Below are positions 60,410 to 64,000 of a DNA stretch of 64,000 nt, piece by piece. The DNA comes from the human T2T-CHM13v2.0 reference genome, Homo sapiens. Position numbers and translations under genes: made by a program. Below the pieces are notes generated by a model. That model worked only from the letters and a program-made list of their open reading frames with translations. It did no database searches and was not told the origin of the DNA. The stretch is from NCBI RefSeq assembly GCF_009914755.1, contig NC_060927.1, one strand, 5' to 3'. Within the stretch, counting starts at the first letter, position 1, and each line of letters opens with the position of its first letter.

Positions 60410-60600
60410 ACAATCATTTAGCTCTCTCTGCTTAAGGCACTATCCTAGGTGCTTTAATACTATCTCATTTAATCTTCACAACAAGCTGTGAAGTAGATAC
60501 TGTCATTATCCCCATTTGACAGATGAAGAAATTGAGACAAAGAGGTGAAGTAACTTGCTCCTGGTCACACAGTTGGTGAGGAGCTGCAGAGCCCATGCCC
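60410..60600 (-). mobile_element. MIR
   Basis: tctcatttaatcttcacaacaa...cattatccccatttgacagatgaagaaattgagac. Confidence 0.85.
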
Positions 60601-61835
60601 TAAACGAGGCTATGCTGCCTTGGAGAATGGAGCAGAGACACAGAGGTGCACAAATGGAAGCTCTGAAATGACAACAGGAGAATTCTTCAGGGGTCCTGTC
60701 CTCACTCTCTGGATGCCATTGGGAAACCATCACAGAATAACTGTGTCTTTTCCATAACATGAGGAAGCTCAAAGGGACAATCTAGCTCACACAGTTTATA
60801 CAAGAAGGAGGTTCAGTTAATCCCCAAATATTAATCATGTAAAAATAGACCTAAATGAAAATGATCATTTCTGGTGAACGTGAGAACTTTGAAAATGCAG
60901 ATGGAGTTACAAAGAGTGGTTACGAAATGTCCCTTATGTATGTAGCGGTCCATGCTGGAAAGAAGCCAGCACAGCTATCACTGTGGAGCTGGAGGAAAGT
61001 GAGGACAGGAGGAGCTCCTTCTGCCCCTCTGGGAAGCATTGCGGAGGGTGAAGGAGGCCGTGTCCACCCAGGGATTGGTCAGCAGGGGAACAGGCCCCAC
61101 TGGGAATGGCCAGGACCCAGAAAGGAGAGAGACTGGGAAAGTAAGGACAAGGAGTTGGATGGTGACTCAGCAGCAGGCACTTGGAGGGAAGCCAGGCAGA
61201 CAATTAGCATCAAGAAGGCTTAGCAGGCCTTAGGCAGGGTTCTAGGGAATTAGGCAGAGAAAATATCTGAGAGCTCCTGGGAAGGGGGCCAAGACTTAGG
61301 CATGAAAGGCCAGACAGGGACTCGCTGCTGGAGTGGGAGCATACAGTGAGGGGAGTAAGATGAGAGAAGATTCCAGAAGCAGGGGTACAAGATCAGAGAA
61401 GAATCAAAAACATAACCTGAATGCATGCCGAGATTCTGTGCTGCCTACTCAGCTCCCAGCATCTCCCTGAGTAGGAATAACTTTGGTCTTAGAATCTTAC
61501 CCTACAGCATCCCTGGAGGAGAGGATGGGAGGGACTGTTGCAGGAGCAGCTCTGCCTGACCCCTCAAACCATTTCCCCAGCACCCTCCCTTGTTGGCCAT
61601 TCTTTGGAATTCGCTTCTTGCCAGGGTAGGGACCTGGTGTAGTATATCTTTTTGATCAAGCCATTGAGGTGAAGTGAACCAGGATATTCATCATCTATTT
61701 GAACCATAATGGCTTTTGGGCTGTATCTAAAGCTTGAGCCCGGTTGTCTACAACGTGTGAGCATGGAAGAAATTGCCCATTGATCTTGTTTCCACTTCTT
61801 CCTTTGGCTGGACTAGGCAGCCTACAGGAGGCAAA

Positions 61836-61853
61836 CACTGCCATCTAGTGGCG
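61836..61853 (-). promoter_or_regulatory. CTCF core motif (CGCCACTAGATGGCAGTG on the minus strand)
   Basis: cactgccatctagtggcg is a close match to the canonical CTCF core. Confidence 0.7.
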
Positions 61854-62417
61854 TATCTAGGCTTCTCGCCAGGAACTGTGTCTTGAATTGTAGAGAGACA
61901 GAAGCCTGATTTTTATCCTCTCCCGTCCAGCCCATGGGTCTGATTGTAACCCACCCTAGAGGGAAGTGGGTCTTGTATCTGGGTGCCATGCTGGGCTGTT
62001 TGCAACTAGAGCTTCAGGCCCCTTCTGCTCTAACAGTCTGCAAAAGGACTACACTCATCCCTGGATTCAACCATGTTGCCCTGAAAGGGCTGCAAGTTGC
62101 ATCCCCAGCTATGTGTGAGCTTGGCCTCAAGAAGCAACCCTGAGCCCCTGGCGTGGTCGCAGAGGAGCAGCTCTACTGAGGTGCAGAAGCTCAGTGATAG
62201 AGAGTCTCTCAGTTAGAAAGAATTTCAGTCATCTAGGCCGGCATTCTACAGAGTCCATTAGCGAGGTGGAATCAAATTAGTGGGATGTCAACAGCAATAG
62301 AGAAAAACATAAAATAGAATGTCAGAGTGGAGCTTGTGTTTCAGTGATAAATCTATTCACATGTAGTGTTCCCTGGTCAAAATATGAAGTGTATTTCTTA
62401 CAGAGCACTTTGGAATC

Positions 62418-62689
62418 TGAATCCCAGCACTTTGGGAGACTGAAGCGGGAGGATCAGTTGAGCCCAGGAGTTCAAGAAAAACATAGTGAGACCATGTCGC
62501 TACAAAAATAAAAATAAAAATTAGCTGAGTGTGGTGGTACACACCTGTACCACCTACTGGGTACACACCGGTCCCAGCTACTCAGCAGGCTGAGGTGGGA
62601 GGATCACTTGAGCCAGAGAGGTAGAAACTGCAGTGAGCCAAGATTGCACCACTGCATTCCAGCCTGGGTTTCAGAATGAGACCCTGTCT
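62418..62689 (+). mobile_element. AluJ (partial) next to a MER5B-like fragment (~62700-62841)
   Basis: ggaggatcagttgagcccaggagttcaag; ccaggcctactgaatca...taaccactg. Confidence 0.8.
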
Positions 62690-64000
62690 GGGGGCAGTGG
62701 AAGGCATTCCCAGGCCCTAACCCAGGCCTACTGAATCATGATGTGTGATTGAGGGGTGGAGCAAGAGAAGGAACTGCTAGGGAATCTCCATTTTATTAGC
62801 TCTCCACATGATTTTTATGTATACTCAATGCCTAACCACTGATATTGACATTTCTGAGCTTGAATTTCCTGATGTATGAGATGGAGATGATAGTACCACC
62901 TGGTTATTGTGAGGACCAAGTAGATAATTAATGCAAAGGTATTTTGCTAACTGTAAAAGTACTCTAGAGATTTGAGGTGTTTCCATCCCACAAAATCCTT
63001 CTCTCTGTGATGTTTTTAAGGAGGATAGCACCAGGAGAGTGGGGGAGTGAAGACTGCATTTAATGGGACCAGGAGAGTTAAATGGAAAAATATTTTCTTC
63101 TGTCTCCTTCCACCTTCTACCTTCTACCTTCTGTCCTGCAGATTTCCTGATCTGATCCCAATGGCAGTCCTATGGGGACGTGGTTAGCACAGACTCCCTG
63201 CCCTGTAACTGGTGGTGATGCATATTGCCAACATCAGTCTGATGCATTATTTTAACCGTTTCAAGCCCCCTCTGATATCGAAGTCCCTTTAGTGTAAATC
63301 TCTCACAGTCCTGAATGCTGAGCTTTTGGTCCTGGTGGGACTGTTAATTATCTACTCACTGTGGCGTTCACTGTGTATGCCACTGGGCAGAAGCTTCCCA
63401 GAATGTGTGTGAAATGGCTACACAACATATTTGGACAAGTGCACTAATATGGCCACTGGTGCAGAAAATTTGGGCCCTGAAGGCTTAAATCAGAGATGCA
63501 CAGACTGAAGTCGAATTCCTGGAGGTGGTGCAAGGACTTTGCCTCCAAACTGCTTTTGGGGTGAACTTTAGAGGATAACAGGCTACCAAGCTGGGCCTCA
63601 GCCTCCTCATTCCTTCCGTTCCCTACCTGTCACTCTGCCTCTAAGTGCAGCTGCTCTTCCAAGAGGGAGACTGTACTTAGTTCTATGAGACAAACTAATA
63701 ACCGAATGGATTCTCATGGAAATATGAAGCCAGAAGAAAGGGGGGAAGTGGGGCCAAATCCCCAAGGTGAAAAAGTGAGAAGTCTCAGCATTCAGCCAGT
63801 AGGGGTTGTTCCTGTCAACCCCTTTTATTGCTTCTGCCCCAGGATCAGTGAATTAGGAAGATGCCAGTGTGGAGACAAGCCAGCATGGAGCATGAGGGCT
63901 GGGCGTATGCTCCTAAGTAAGAAGTGGCCCGTCTTCCCTTCTGATTCTTCCTCCTGGTCCCCAGTGCCTGAGCCTTTGAGGCTATTCCCCTCCCAGACAG

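Overview
Primate genomic DNA, most likely human; it begins at an EcoRI site, as a clone end would. The only coding sequence I can support is a 63-nt segment at 20236-20298 (+). It follows a clean splice acceptor and encodes DGNLVPRWHLGPGDPFSTYV*, which I recognise from memory as the isoform-specific C-terminus of Kalirin-7 (KALRN), ending in the class I PDZ-binding motif STYV. The ORF track misses it. The window is therefore probably the long KALRN intron after the first DH-PH GEF unit, containing the Kalirin-7 alternative terminal exon and a ~1.4-kb 3'UTR. I did not find the flanking constitutive exons in the window. The rest is repeat-rich intron: about 25 Alu/FLAM copies, MIR, L2, old L1/HAL1, MaLR LTRs and hAT MERs. 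I found no convincing new gene system. Best second-look items: an Alu-L1 chimeric retrocopy inside a single 16-bp TSD; a 3'UTR G-quadruplex motif lying between an L1-donated and a distal polyA signal; three overlapping, mutually exclusive inverted repeats at 31.3 kb; and several template-switch or duplication scars. Repeat subfamily calls and boundaries are by eye and approximate.
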